From assembly GCA_036405175.1 (NCBI GenBank), contig DASWYC010000002.1:123429-187428 (forward strand): DNA of 64,000 nucleotides. The letters run 5' to 3'. A model generated the notes under the pieces. It was given only the letters and a program-made list of their open reading frames with translations. It had not been told where the DNA came from and made no database searches. Positions 27,971-37,615 of this stretch are shown here, one piece after another. Positions within the stretch are counted from its first letter, which is position 1, and every line of letters begins with the position of its first letter. Both the position numbers and the translations under genes were made by a program. The DNA comes from Minisyncoccota bacterium. GTDB lineage: Bacteria > Patescibacteriota > Minisyncoccia > Phycocordibacterales > UBA1006.

Positions 27971-28594
27971 ATGTTTTCACTTCAAGCACAATCAAGAACG
28001 TCTGAAGACACCGTTGCAAAGCTTTCACAAGAAGGCCGCATTCCGGCTGTTTGTTATGGACAAGGGCAAAATATTGCCATTTCAGTATCTCAGCAAGAGG
28101 TTTCAAAGTTATATCAAAAAGCAGGTAGTGCATCTGTTGTAACTATTACTGTTGATGGACAAACCAAAGATACTCTTATTAAAGATATTAGCCGCGATCC
28201 AGTAAGTCATCTTCTTCGTCATGTAGACTTTTTGATCGTTGATAAGAACAAGGTTATTACCGTTACTGTTCCACTTACCTTTACCGGTGAAGCTCCTGCA
28301 GAAAAAGATGGTCTTGGAAACGCTATGATCCAAGTTCACGAAGTTGAAGTTGAATGTACTCCTGCAAATCTTCCTTCAAGCCTTGAGATTGATCTTTCAG
28401 TGCTTGATTCTCTTGAATCATCAATTAAGGCTGGAGATATCAAACTTCCAGCAGGTGTAACCCTTGTATCAGATGCTGATCAAGCAATTGCCGTAATCGC
28501 AGAACACCAGAAAGAAGTTGAAGAAGTAGAATTCAACGCTGAAGCTATTGGAGATTCAGTAACCAAAGGAAAGAAAGACGAAACTGAAGAATAA
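27971..28594 (+). CDS. rplY: 50S ribosomal protein L25 (general stress protein Ctc form)
   Basis: GRIPAVCYG motif, length ~207 aa with acidic C-terminal extension. TATACTtgcaccactATG leader shared with rplU. Confidence 0.75.
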   Translation: MFSLQAQSRTSEDTVAKLSQEGRIPAVCYGQGQNIAISVSQQEVSKLYQKAGSASVVTITVDGQTKDTLIKDISRDPVSHLLRHVDFLIVDKNKVITVTVPLTFTGEAPAEKDGLGNAMIQVHEVEVECTPANLPSSLEIDLSVLDSLESSIKAGDIKLPAGVTLVSDADQAIAVIAEHQKEVEEVEFNAEAIGDSVTKGKKDETEE

Positions 28595-28693
28595 AAATCG
28601 CAAAGAAAATCGCCACACGGCGATTTTCTTTTGCCCAATAGTATCCTAAGTTTGGCATACGAATGTGATTAAGAGATAGATGATACACAATAC

Positions 28694-28800
28694 AAGACCC
28701 TCAAAGCAGTCGCGCAGACTATTATTAAGGAGCACGGGCTTTGGGTGCGACTATAATAATAGTCGAGCGTTAGCCCTTGAGGCGCTGCTTTGAGGGTCTT
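28694..28800 (+). repeat. GC-rich hairpin-closed intergenic element, copy C (16-bp closing helix aagaccctcaaagcag/ctgctttgagggtctt, nested inner repeat gactattatta/taataatagtc)
   Basis: Interior ...gcacgggctttgggtgcgactataataatagtcgagcgttagccc... is homologous to copy D (ggctttgaggtgcga) and copy A (cgactatgatgg...gagcgtagggcc). Confidence 0.6.
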
Positions 28801-28862
28801 TTATGTGATGTGGTCTCTTCACCCCATCTTCATTATGCTATACTTATACTATCTCACGTTAT

Positions 28863-30200
28863 ATGGTTTTTTTAACCCGTTATATTAATCACAAAGTGAT
28901 TTCTGTATTAATGACCCTTACGTTTGTCTTTCAGCCATTCGTAATCTACGCTCAATCTACGTCAACTGAGCAACGAGCAGCACTTGAGGCTGAGCTTAAA
29001 AAGTTGGAAGCAGAAATTAAAGAGCAGGAAGGTTTGCTTAATGACCAAAAGAAAAAAACTGGTGTCATTAGTGGCGATCTTAAAAAGATCTCGGATCAAA
29101 TTGCTGCCAAGCGTACCGAAATTGCTGCTAAACAAAAACTTATTAGTAATCTTTCGTCTCAGATTGGGCAAAAAGACAGCACCATCAAGCAACTCACTTC
29201 AGAATTGACTCGTGAAAAGGAGTCACTTGCACGTTTGGTGCGTAAGATGCGTGAAGTTGAAGATGCTTCGCTCCCAGAATTTCTTCTTGATTCAAAGACT
29301 GTTTCTGAGTATTTCTCTGATTTTGATAATTCATCATTTATTCAAGACGAACTTCAGGGAAGTCTTCGTACGACTCGTATTGAACATGATAAAACCGTAG
29401 ATGAAAAAGAGGTATTGGAGGATAAGAAAACTAAAGAAGCAGAAGTACGTGCCAAGCTTGAAGCTGAACGCCAAAAAGCACAAGTTGATCACACCAAAAA
29501 AAATAGCGAACTTACTGATGCTAAAAAAGTAGAAACAAAAATCAGTAACGATATCGCTGCTCGTAAAAAAGAGGTAGCCAAGATTCAAGCTCGACTCTTT
29601 GAGCTCCGCGGACAAAAAGGAATTTCATTCGGTTCTGCATATGACTATGCAAGGAAAGCAGAAGCTAAGACGGGCGTAAGTGCGGCATTCGTATTGGCAA
29701 TTTTGAAGCAGGAAAGTAATCTTGGAAAGAATGTAGGAACCTGTAATCGTCCTGGCGATGCACGTACCTGGAAAGATATTATGCCGGGTCCTGATGATGG
29801 TTCATGGCGCGATGATCAAAAAGTGTATCTTGAGATCATGTCTGATCTTGGACGAAGCCCAGACGGACAGCCACTATCATGTCCAATTGGTAAAGGATGG
29901 GGAGGAGCAATGGGGCCTTCGCAGTTTATCCCAACCACCTGGAAGAGCTATGCGTCCCGCATTGCTAAGGCGGTAGGAGAATCACCCGCTGATCCGTGGA
30001 ATCCTGAGCATGCAATTACGGCAACATCACTCTACTTGTCAGATTTAGGCGCAGGATCAACGTATGAATCACTTAAGCAGGCAGCATGTAAGTACTATTC
30101 TGGACGTGCATGTGCCTCAAGTACGGTCTTCTATGGAAATGCGGTGGTAAGTCATGCTAAGGGATTTGAAGCAGATATTAAGTTGATTGAAAGTATCTAA
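28863..30200 (+). CDS. secreted coiled-coil protein with C-terminal lytic transglycosylase-like domain
   Basis: Signal peptide. Long coiled coil (LEAELKKLEAEIKEQEGLL...). C-terminal ILKQESNLGKN...GAMGPSQFIPTTW resembling the MltB/Slt catalytic motif. Architecture is PcsB/EnvC-like. Confidence 0.5.
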   Translation: MVFLTRYINHKVISVLMTLTFVFQPFVIYAQSTSTEQRAALEAELKKLEAEIKEQEGLLNDQKKKTGVISGDLKKISDQIAAKRTEIAAKQKLISNLSSQIGQKDSTIKQLTSELTREKESLARLVRKMREVEDASLPEFLLDSKTVSEYFSDFDNSSFIQDELQGSLRTTRIEHDKTVDEKEVLEDKKTKEAEVRAKLEAERQKAQVDHTKKNSELTDAKKVETKISNDIAARKKEVAKIQARLFELRGQKGISFGSAYDYARKAEAKTGVSAAFVLAILKQESNLGKNVGTCNRPGDARTWKDIMPGPDDGSWRDDQKVYLEIMSDLGRSPDGQPLSCPIGKGWGGAMGPSQFIPTTWKSYASRIAKAVGESPADPWNPEHAITATSLYLSDLGAGSTYESLKQAACKYYSGRACASSTVFYGNAVVSHAKGFEADIKLIESI

Positions 30201-30208
30201 TACAAAAA

Positions 30209-30234
30209 AATACCTCGCATGAGGTGTTTTTTTT
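30209..30234 (+). terminator. intrinsic terminator (tacctc-gcat-gaggtg then tttttttt)
   Basis: Hairpin directly after the 30200 stop with an 8-T run. Confidence 0.7.
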
Positions 30235-30342
30235 GTTTAAAAGATTGCACCGTACTTTGAACGGTGTATACTTTCTAAGGCAACTTCAGTTTTCTAAGCG
30301 GGCTGTCGGACCAATTGAATCAATTGTGCGAGACAGCCTTTT

Positions 30343-31791
30343 TTATTGAAGACTGACACCAAGAATCTTTGCAGGGAAATAGAATGATTCATCTTTTCCA
30401 TCTTCGCAGGCAATATTTTCTGCAAGAAGCTCATCACGGAGTTCATCTGATTTTTGATAGTCTTTATTGAGGCGAGCTTTATTTCGCTCATAAATGAGTG
30501 CTACCGTTTTTTCTTGGGTAAGAAACTTTTTAGTCGTAGAATCTACTTCCTTAAATTTAAGACCAAAAAGATCATCGAATTTTAACATTAGTATTGTTTT
30601 ATACCTTGAATCATAATTAATAGCAGGTTCTTCTCCAATATATCTCATAAATTGCGAAAATGATTGAGGAGTATTTAAGTCATTCTGATATCCGCTTAGA
30701 ATATCCGAGGTTTTGTAGTCTTCAACGAGAATTTGTACTGCATCTAGGGAACTTTTTTGACGTAAGTCATCATAAATACACTTTGCAATGGTTTTATATA
30801 GCCCACTTAATAGGTTTGAAGAAGCTTCTAGCGCATCCCAAGAAAAATTCAATACTGATCGGTAATGTGCTTGTAAAAAGAGTACACGTAATGCCAACGG
30901 AGAAATGTTCTTTTCTTCAAGATCTGCCAAGGTAAACATGTTACCAAGAGACTTTGCCATCTTTTCACTGTCGATATTCAAAAACTCTCCATGCATCCAG
31001 TAATGAGCAAAGTTCTTGTCCGTGCTGCAACATGCTTGAGCGATCTCATTATTATGATGAATAGGTTTAAGATCAATACCTCCTGTGTGAATATCAAACT
31101 CTTCACCAAGATATTTAATGCTCATGGCTGAACATTCAATATGCCAACCAGGAAAACCTTTACCAAGCTCAGAATCAAAACCCATCTCATCAAATTTCCA
31201 AAGAGCAAAATCTTGAATATTGCGCTTCTCAGATTCTTCAATACGAGAATTTTCTTCTTGTCCGCTCGTGGTGAGTCCGCCAAGAGCTCCGTAATGAGGA
31301 TCTTTAGAAACATCAAAGTAGATAGCATGCTTGGTAACGTATGAAATTTCTTTTGCAATAAGTTGTTGGATCATTGCAATTTGCTCTTTAATATGATCAG
31401 ACGCTTTAGGGAGTACATGCGGATGCAAAATATTAAGTGCTTCCAAGTCTTTTTCAAACTGTTCAGTTTCTTCCGCGGCAGCAGAGAGCATATTTTTAAG
31501 ATTAATCTCCAACCCCTTGCGCTTGAGAAGTCTCATCATTTTATCCTCACCAAAATCCGCATCCCCAGAGATGTGTCCGATATCGGTAATATTCATCACT
31601 TGCTTCACCTTGTGGCCGGTAAATTCAAAGTAGCGACGCAAGGTATCGGCTAAAAAGAATGAACGCAAGTTTCCAATATGAACACGATCGTAGACCGTTG
31701 GTCCGCAGTGATACATCGTGATTTCTCTATCATTTATTGGGGTAAACTCTTCTATTTGCTTATGGAGGGAATTATAAATATTTAGTGGCAT
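30343..31791 (-). CDS. cysS: cysteinyl-tRNA synthetase
   Basis: MYHCGPTVYDRVHIGN (HIGH variant), Zn-binding Cys pattern, KMAKSLGN (KMSKS). Confidence 0.9.
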   Translation of the reverse strand: MPLNIYNSLHKQIEEFTPINDREITMYHCGPTVYDRVHIGNLRSFFLADTLRRYFEFTGHKVKQVMNITDIGHISGDADFGEDKMMRLLKRKGLEINLKNMLSAAAEETEQFEKDLEALNILHPHVLPKASDHIKEQIAMIQQLIAKEISYVTKHAIYFDVSKDPHYGALGGLTTSGQEENSRIEESEKRNIQDFALWKFDEMGFDSELGKGFPGWHIECSAMSIKYLGEEFDIHTGGIDLKPIHHNNEIAQACCSTDKNFAHYWMHGEFLNIDSEKMAKSLGNMFTLADLEEKNISPLALRVLFLQAHYRSVLNFSWDALEASSNLLSGLYKTIAKCIYDDLRQKSSLDAVQILVEDYKTSDILSGYQNDLNTPQSFSQFMRYIGEEPAINYDSRYKTILMLKFDDLFGLKFKEVDSTTKKFLTQEKTVALIYERNKARLNKDYQKSDELRDELLAENIACEDGKDESFYFPAKILGVSLQ

Positions 31792-32701
31792 ACGATTTCT
31801 TACGATTGAAGTAGATAAATAGTATGATACCTACCAAGCCTGAAATAGCAAGAAGTGAGTACATGCGGAGCGGAGTTCCAAAAACGGTACCCTCAAGCAT
31901 GCCAGTAGAGATAAACGTTGCCATGGTGGCAATTGGTGTCATTGCACAAGCAACCAGTGTTATGAAATTCATTGATTTAGTTGAGCTAAGTTGTACCAAG
32001 AGAAAGCTCGTCTCACGAAGATCATCAAGAATATTTTTGGTATTTTCCACCTGAGATTCCAAAAAGCGGTACTGGGTGTGTAATTCTTCAACGTAGAGAA
32101 TAAATGATTCTTCAGCAAACAAATGTTTCTGACCAAGAATGGTCTCGTAGAGTTGAGAATGATTTTTGAGTGTACGATTACATGACAAAATAATTCTATT
32201 TACCGAGGCAAGCGTGTATACCATATATTCTTCTTCTCCAGAAAAGATTTTATCTTCCACCTTTTTAAGATCCCCAGAAACATTGTGGATTTCCTCAGAG
32301 ATAATTCCATAGAGAAGTTTAAGGAGTGAGGTGAACAGTTTGTATCCGCTCAATTCATGAGCCTGTTTTTGTACTAAAAACTGGGATTCAAGCTTTTTTT
32401 CAAATTCAAGAAGACCATCAAGCGGATTTTGGTGAATAGTGATAAGGGTTGAGCGGAATACAAGGATATCAAGTTTGGTTTCCCAGAGCGTGGTGTTGTC
32501 GTAGCGGTCGGTAGGGAAATACATCGTAAGGTGAATATAGTGCGGCATTACACGCGCACGTGAGTATTCAGTTTGATTAATGAGATCTTTTGAGCTGATG
32601 GCATCGAGAGAAAACTCCTCAACACATGAGACGAGCTCATCGTAGGATGGATTTTCATAGTCAATCCAGGTGGTTGAACCATAAGCAAATTCCTTTCGCA
32701 T
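31772..32701 (-). CDS. CorA/ZntB-like (MIT superfamily) divalent-cation transporter with GML in place of the canonical GMN motif
   Basis: Large cytoplasmic N-domain, then two C-terminal TM helices. Loop motif STGMLEG aligns where CorA has YGMNFE. Confidence 0.45.
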   Translation of the reverse strand: MRKEFAYGSTTWIDYENPSYDELVSCVEEFSLDAISSKDLINQTEYSRARVMPHYIHLTMYFPTDRYDNTTLWETKLDILVFRSTLITIHQNPLDGLLEFEKKLESQFLVQKQAHELSGYKLFTSLLKLLYGIISEEIHNVSGDLKKVEDKIFSGEEEYMVYTLASVNRIILSCNRTLKNHSQLYETILGQKHLFAEESFILYVEELHTQYRFLESQVENTKNILDDLRETSFLLVQLSSTKSMNFITLVACAMTPIATMATFISTGMLEGTVFGTPLRMYSLLAISGLVGIILFIYFNRKKSYATKYL

Positions 32702-32786
32702 GAATATATTGTAGCACCTATAAAATATAGGGATTTTGGCGTATTGGTAAGAATGGGGCAAAAATCCGGATTTTGCTCGTAATCGC

Positions 32787-32814
32787 TTGCAAAAACCAGA
32801 AAAGTAGGTATACT
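32787..32814 (+). promoter_or_regulatory. promoter TTGCAA-16-TATACT for rplU with near-leaderless geometry
   Basis: -35 at 32787-32792, -10 at 32809-32814, ATG at 32824. Confidence 0.45.
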
Positions 32815-32823
32815 TGTACCACT

Positions 32824-33156
32824 ATGTCAACCCAGTCGTCAGTATTTGCAGTAATCATTGCCGGAGGCAAGCAATATAAAGTTGCTCCAGGAATGAAGCT
32901 CAAAATCGAAAAAATCAACGATGAACTCAAAGCCGGAGATGCAGTAACCTTCTCAGAAGTCACTCTTGTTTCTAAGGATGGAAATGTAACCGTTGGAGCT
33001 CCAACCGTAGCAGGCGCATCAGTTATCGGGGAATTCATTGAAACCACTAAGGACGCAAAAATCCGTGTAGCAAAATTCCGCGCAAAGTCTAACTATCACA
33101 AAGTATACGGACACCGCCAGCCACACTCATACGTTCTTATTAAGGATATTAAATAA
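32824..33156 (+). CDS. rplU: 50S ribosomal protein L21
   Basis: FAVIIAGGKQYKVAPGMKL...IGEFIETTKDAKIRVAKFRAKSNYHKVYGHRQPHSYVLIKDI typical L21. Confidence 0.85.
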   Translation: MSTQSSVFAVIIAGGKQYKVAPGMKLKIEKINDELKAGDAVTFSEVTLVSKDGNVTVGAPTVAGASVIGEFIETTKDAKIRVAKFRAKSNYHKVYGHRQPHSYVLIKDIK

Positions 33157-33231
33157 CACTCTCGCAAGAGGGTTTTATTTTTTTCTATGGTATTGTGAAG
33201 CTATTCACTCATAATTTTTTAAAAATTAACA

Positions 33232-33777
33232 ATGAAAACACTAAGTATACTCATTTGTTCAGAGAGTCCTGCAAAAACAGAAGCAACTCGGTTGGCATTC
33301 CAAGAAGCTTTTCCTAACACTAATCTGAGATACTATAATTTTGCTGCAGATTCAAAGATTCACATTCAGCCCATAAGTCTTGAAATGACGGCATTGGGGG
33401 CCATTAATCGTATTAATGGGGCATTGCAAAATATACCTGGATGCGACTACTATGTTTCGATTGAATCCGGAGTTAATAAGCTCTTCGATCAAATTGTATG
33501 TTTCTCCGTAATCTGTATTCATGAAGCTGCTACCAATAAAAGGGTGGTGATACCGGGCTCATCAATTCCGCTCCCGAGTCAAATCTACGAGGAGAAGATA
33601 TTTAGGCACATGTCTGGGGTTGGTGAAATCACTGACGAATACTTTGGAGTTGAGAATACTAAAAAGTTTGATGGTGCATTTTCATACTTGAGTAATGGTA
33701 AATTTAAGCGTTATGAAGTTGATGCTCGGGATATAAGTTTTGCACTCTTGCCGTTCATCTCAGAATTTTACAAATAA
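33232..33777 (+). CDS. non-canonical purine NTP phosphatase (YjjX/DUF84-family inosine/xanthosine triphosphatase)
   Basis: Length and pattern (ICSESPAK, VSIESGV..., IPLPSQIY) parallel E. coli YjjX. Confidence 0.5.
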   Translation: MKTLSILICSESPAKTEATRLAFQEAFPNTNLRYYNFAADSKIHIQPISLEMTALGAINRINGALQNIPGCDYYVSIESGVNKLFDQIVCFSVICIHEAATNKRVVIPGSSIPLPSQIYEEKIFRHMSGVGEITDEYFGVENTKKFDGAFSYLSNGKFKRYEVDARDISFALLPFISEFYK

Positions 33778-33810
33778 TTCACAAATAGAGCGATACCAAG
33801 TATTGCTCTA

Positions 33811-34431
33811 TTATTTTCTTCCTTCCAATGCTGAACTAATAGTTGATCGATCAAGATATTCAAGCTCGCTACCCGTTGAAATTCCACGTCCGAGCGTTGA
33901 AACTTTAAAGGTATAAAACGGAATCTGATCTTCAATCGTATTTTTAATCTTATTCATTGTCATATCTCCCTCAAGTGAAGGTGATAGCGCAAAAATAATT
34001 TCTTTAAGCGTATTATCAGAATCAAGTACTTTAATGCGCTCAATCAACTCAGGAATCCTGGAATAAAATTTTTTCTTACGCTCAATTAATGGTTCAAGAT
34101 TTCCTAATACAAAATATTTTCCGTTATACACTGCAGACTCTTCAACTGCTTTAAGATCAGAGTCTTTTTCAACAATCATGAGCGTTTCAGCAGAGCGAAG
34201 CGGATTCCGTTCAATAGGAGAAAGACCGGTCGCATCGAATTGATCAAAGTAAATCTGAAAGCTATGTTTGCAGACGCGCATATTGCCACGAACTTCAGTT
34301 ATGAGCCTGGCAAAACGATTAATTTCATCCCCAGACATTTTCATGAGTGAAAAAATAAACCGCTCAGCTTGTCGCGGTCCAACACCAGGAAGACCTTTAA
34401 AAATTTCTAAGAGTTCATCTCGGACAGACAT
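33811..34431 (-). CDS. recR: recombination protein RecR
   Basis: LPGVGPRQAERFIFSLM helix-hairpin-helix N-terminus, degenerate zinc finger, Toprim domain. ATG at 34431 directly follows the dnaB stop. Confidence 0.8.
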   Translation of the reverse strand: MSVRDELLEIFKGLPGVGPRQAERFIFSLMKMSGDEINRFARLITEVRGNMRVCKHSFQIYFDQFDATGLSPIERNPLRSAETLMIVEKDSDLKAVEESAVYNGKYFVLGNLEPLIERKKKFYSRIPELIERIKVLDSDNTLKEIIFALSPSLEGDMTMNKIKNTIEDQIPFYTFKVSTLGRGISTGSELEYLDRSTISSALEGRK

Positions 34432-34432
34432 A

Positions 34433-35884
34433 CTAGAATTCATCAAAATCAACACCTACACCAGAGCGTCCGCTATTGCCTGGGTCCATGTCTCCATACC
34501 CGCGATCGCGCACAATGTCTTCAAAGGTGGTATTTTTACCATTAAAGTAGAGCTCAACAATTCCTGTTGGTCCATTGCGATGCTTTTCAATAATGATTTC
34601 TGCAATGTTGGTGCGTTCGGCTTCGTCTTTAGACTTATCTTCACGGTGAATAAACATCACCACATCGGCGTCCTGCTCAATAGATCCAGAATCACGAAGA
34701 TCAGAAAGACGAGGCTTTCCTCCGCGACTTTCCACATTACGAGAAAGCTGTGACAGTGCAATCACGGGTACATCCATTTCACGCGCGAGCTCTTTAAGTC
34801 CACGAGAAACTTCGGTGGTTTGTTGAACAATATTATCTGTTTTTCTTTCTGGATTAATGAGCTGAAGGTAATCAACAATAATCATATCAAGTCCATGTTC
34901 GCGTTTAAGACGGCGCGCCGCAGAACGCATATTCAAAAGTGTATTTCCTGGTTGATCTTCAATAAAGAGGGGAGCTTTTGAAAGCACGGCCATGGCTTCT
35001 TGAATTTTCTCATAGTCTTCCGGCGATAAGTTTCCGTTACGAATTTTCCATCCATCAACTCGTGATTGAGATGAAAGGAGACGAGAGATCAACTGCTCAG
35101 ATGACATTTCTAATGAAAAGATTCCAACTTTTGCTCCAGCATTTACCGCAGCATTGCGTGCAATATCCATTGCTAGTGTTGTTTTTCCAACCGAGGGACG
35201 TGCTGCCAATATTATTAGGTCTGAACGTTGAAATCCTGCGAGTTTAAGATCAAGTGCCGCAAATCCAGATGACACACCACGCATCTCATCAGGAGATTCT
35301 GAAAGTTTTTCAAGCGCAGCAAATGCATTAGGAAGCATTTCATTGATGCCAACAAATTTATGCTTGGTAAGATTTGACTGTGTTGATTCTGAAAAGATTT
35401 TTTCTGCAGTATCAATCGTGTCGTTCAAAGTTTTGTCTTCAATAAATCCAAGCTCGGTAATTTGCGCACCGGCTTCAATAAGTTTTCTGTGCGTAGATTT
35501 TTCTGCAACAATTTTTGCATAATGTTCAATGTGCGCAGATGAGTGAGTAGATTCGGTGAGGCGAGAAAGGTAACTGGTTCCGCCAATAAATTCAAGCGTT
35601 CCTAAATCTTTAAGTTTTGCGGTAATGGTCAAAAGATCAATTGGCTCATGATTGGTCATGAGGGTTTTCATCGTTGAATAGATGAGGCCATTTTTTTCTG
35701 CATAAAACGAATCGCTGGCAATAAGATCAAGAATATCAAAGAGTGCCTGCGGACGAAGCATGATACCTCCAAGTACCGCTTCTTCAGCTTCAAGATTATG
35801 TGGTGGAATACGATTTTTATAAAGATTGTCAAGAGAAATTTGAGGTTTTTGAAATCCAACATTTTTCACCGCTTCTTTAGCCAT
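34433..35884 (-). CDS. dnaB: replicative DNA helicase DnaB
   Basis: Walker A ARPSVGKTTLAMD, IIVDYLQLI (Walker B), SQLSR motif. N-terminal DnaB domain. No intein. Confidence 0.9.
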   Translation of the reverse strand: MAKEAVKNVGFQKPQISLDNLYKNRIPPHNLEAEEAVLGGIMLRPQALFDILDLIASDSFYAEKNGLIYSTMKTLMTNHEPIDLLTITAKLKDLGTLEFIGGTSYLSRLTESTHSSAHIEHYAKIVAEKSTHRKLIEAGAQITELGFIEDKTLNDTIDTAEKIFSESTQSNLTKHKFVGINEMLPNAFAALEKLSESPDEMRGVSSGFAALDLKLAGFQRSDLIILAARPSVGKTTLAMDIARNAAVNAGAKVGIFSLEMSSEQLISRLLSSQSRVDGWKIRNGNLSPEDYEKIQEAMAVLSKAPLFIEDQPGNTLLNMRSAARRLKREHGLDMIIVDYLQLINPERKTDNIVQQTTEVSRGLKELAREMDVPVIALSQLSRNVESRGGKPRLSDLRDSGSIEQDADVVMFIHREDKSKDEAERTNIAEIIIEKHRNGPTGIVELYFNGKNTTFEDIVRDRGYGDMDPGNSGRSGVGVDFDEF

Positions 35885-36026
35885 AGTGGTATAAGTATAG
35901 CATTGGAAGCACATGCGCAATCTTGAACACTTTCACAAAAAGATTGGTTATTTTTTAGCTGAATTTTGTAGTACATTTTTATACCATAAGAAGATGAAAG
36001 AGTTTAAGATGTGGAGTAGGGTAAAA

Positions 36027-36380
36027 ATGAGCATTAACGAATACAATCATATTCGCCGTGTTCATGAGCGGGATATATGGTGGTGCTCCATGGGTGTAAA
36101 TGTGGGTGATGAGCTCGATGGAAAAGGGCAAGAATTTGGACGTCCCGTCTTGGTGATGAAGCAGCTGAGCGCCAGAATGGTTTTGATTGTGCCGCTTACT
36201 TCTAGTCAGAGTGAACACAAATATCGTCTTGATGTTGGCTATGTTAAGAGAGAAAGGTCAAAAATAATTTTATCTCAGATCAGAGTTGTTGATACTCGAA
36301 GATTTATGGAGCGAATCACTATACTCGATAAGAAGACATTTGGCGCAATACAAAAAGCAGCTAGAGAATTGCTTTTCTAA
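36027..36380 (+). CDS. MazF/PemK-like (CcdB/MazF fold) putative endoribonuclease toxin, orphan
   Basis: ERDIWWCSMGVNVGDELDGKGQEFGRPVLVMKQ...IVPLTSS...SQIRVVDTRRF follows the PemK/MazF pattern. Good RBS ggagtagggtaaaa before ATG 36027. No adjacent antitoxin ORF. Confidence 0.45.
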   Translation: MSINEYNHIRRVHERDIWWCSMGVNVGDELDGKGQEFGRPVLVMKQLSARMVLIVPLTSSQSEHKYRLDVGYVKRERSKIILSQIRVVDTRRFMERITILDKKTFGAIQKAARELLF

Positions 36381-36559
36381 CTGCTTTTTCTTTTCTTCTT
36401 CATACACGCGTGCACTGCGTATAAATGTATGAAGACGGACCCGAAGGCACTTGTACATCTAGTATAACTTGGCTCGTGTGTTTGTCAAATAAATATTGAG
36501 AATGTCAAAGAAGTTGGTTATTTTGTAAAAGCGCTTTTATTTTGTATACTTACTTTAAT

Positions 36560-37582
36560 ATGTCAGAATTTGCTCCAAAATCTAATGTGCTTTTGACCGG
36601 TGATCGTCCAACAGGCAGGCTTCATCTTGGGCACTATGTTGGTTCAATTAAAAATCGTGTAGATCTCCAAAACGATACCTCAATCACTAAACGATTTTAC
36701 ATGGTGGCAGACTTGCAGGGACTCACCGATAACTTTAATAATCCTGAAAAAATTAGAGATAATGTTCGTGAAGTAATTTTAGATAATCTTGCCTGCGGAC
36801 TTGATCCAGAAAAAACAACCATTTTTATTCAATCAACCATTCCATTTATTGCCGAGCTTACCATGCTGTTTATGAATTTGGTAACGGTATCACGTCTTAA
36901 ACGCAATCCAACGGTAAAAGAAGACATCAAAGAAAAGAATTTTGGCGAAGCTGTGCCAGCTGGATTTTTAACCTTCCCAATTTCTCAAGCAGCGGATATT
37001 TTATGCGTAAAAGCAGATATTGTTCCTGTGGGGGCAGATCAAATGCCACATATTGAACAGACCAATGAAATTGGTGCGTCATTTAATAGAATGTATGCGC
37101 CGCTCTTTCCGTATGTAAAAGGAGTTATTTCAGAATATCCACGTTTGGTAGGGACTGATGGGAATGCAAAAGCATCAAAATCGTTGGGTAATGCTATTTA
37201 CTTGAGTGATTCATTTGAAGAAATTTCAAAGAAGGTAATGAGTATGTATACCGATCCTAATCATGTGAATGTTGCTGATCCAGGAAAAGTAGAAGGGAAT
37301 GTTGTGTTTACCTATTTGGATATTTTTGATGATAAAAAGGATGAAGTTGCTGAATTAAAAGCACAGTATATGAAAGGCGGATTAGGGGATGTTGTATTAA
37401 AGAAGCGATTGATTGACGTGCTTGAAAACGTAATTGCACCGATTCGTGCAAAGCGCGAAGAGCTTGAAAAGAATCCTGAATATATTGATAAGATTTTGAA
37501 ACAAGGATTTGAAACAACTATGAAAGAGACAGAGAAAATACGAGATGAAGTACGCGAGGCCGTAAAACTTTACAATATTTAA
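36560..37582 (+). CDS. trpS: tryptophanyl-tRNA synthetase
   Basis: LLTGDRPTGRLHLGHYVG (HIGH), KASKSLGN (KMSKS), ~340 aa. TATACT at 36545-36550, 9 nt before the ATG. Confidence 0.85.
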   Translation: MSEFAPKSNVLLTGDRPTGRLHLGHYVGSIKNRVDLQNDTSITKRFYMVADLQGLTDNFNNPEKIRDNVREVILDNLACGLDPEKTTIFIQSTIPFIAELTMLFMNLVTVSRLKRNPTVKEDIKEKNFGEAVPAGFLTFPISQAADILCVKADIVPVGADQMPHIEQTNEIGASFNRMYAPLFPYVKGVISEYPRLVGTDGNAKASKSLGNAIYLSDSFEEISKKVMSMYTDPNHVNVADPGKVEGNVVFTYLDIFDDKKDEVAELKAQYMKGGLGDVVLKKRLIDVLENVIAPIRAKREELEKNPEYIDKILKQGFETTMKETEKIRDEVREAVKLYNI

Positions 37583-37615
37583 ACCAGAGTTTATAGCTCT
37601 GGTTGTAATGTAATT

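Noticed and set aside
30290-30345. Second hairpin (gggctgtcggacc...gagacagcc then tttttt) between the transglycosylase gene and cysS as a cysS terminator
   Set aside because: The T-run is on the plus strand only, so it cannot terminate minus-strand cysS. It is likely a back-up plus-strand terminator for the 28863-30200 gene and is not listed separately.
35913-36026. Long N-terminal extension of the MazF-like ORF
   Set aside because: The in-frame upstream ATG overlaps the divergent dnaB promoter region and lacks an RBS. ATG 36027 has a strong GGAG RBS and starts the conserved MazF fold.
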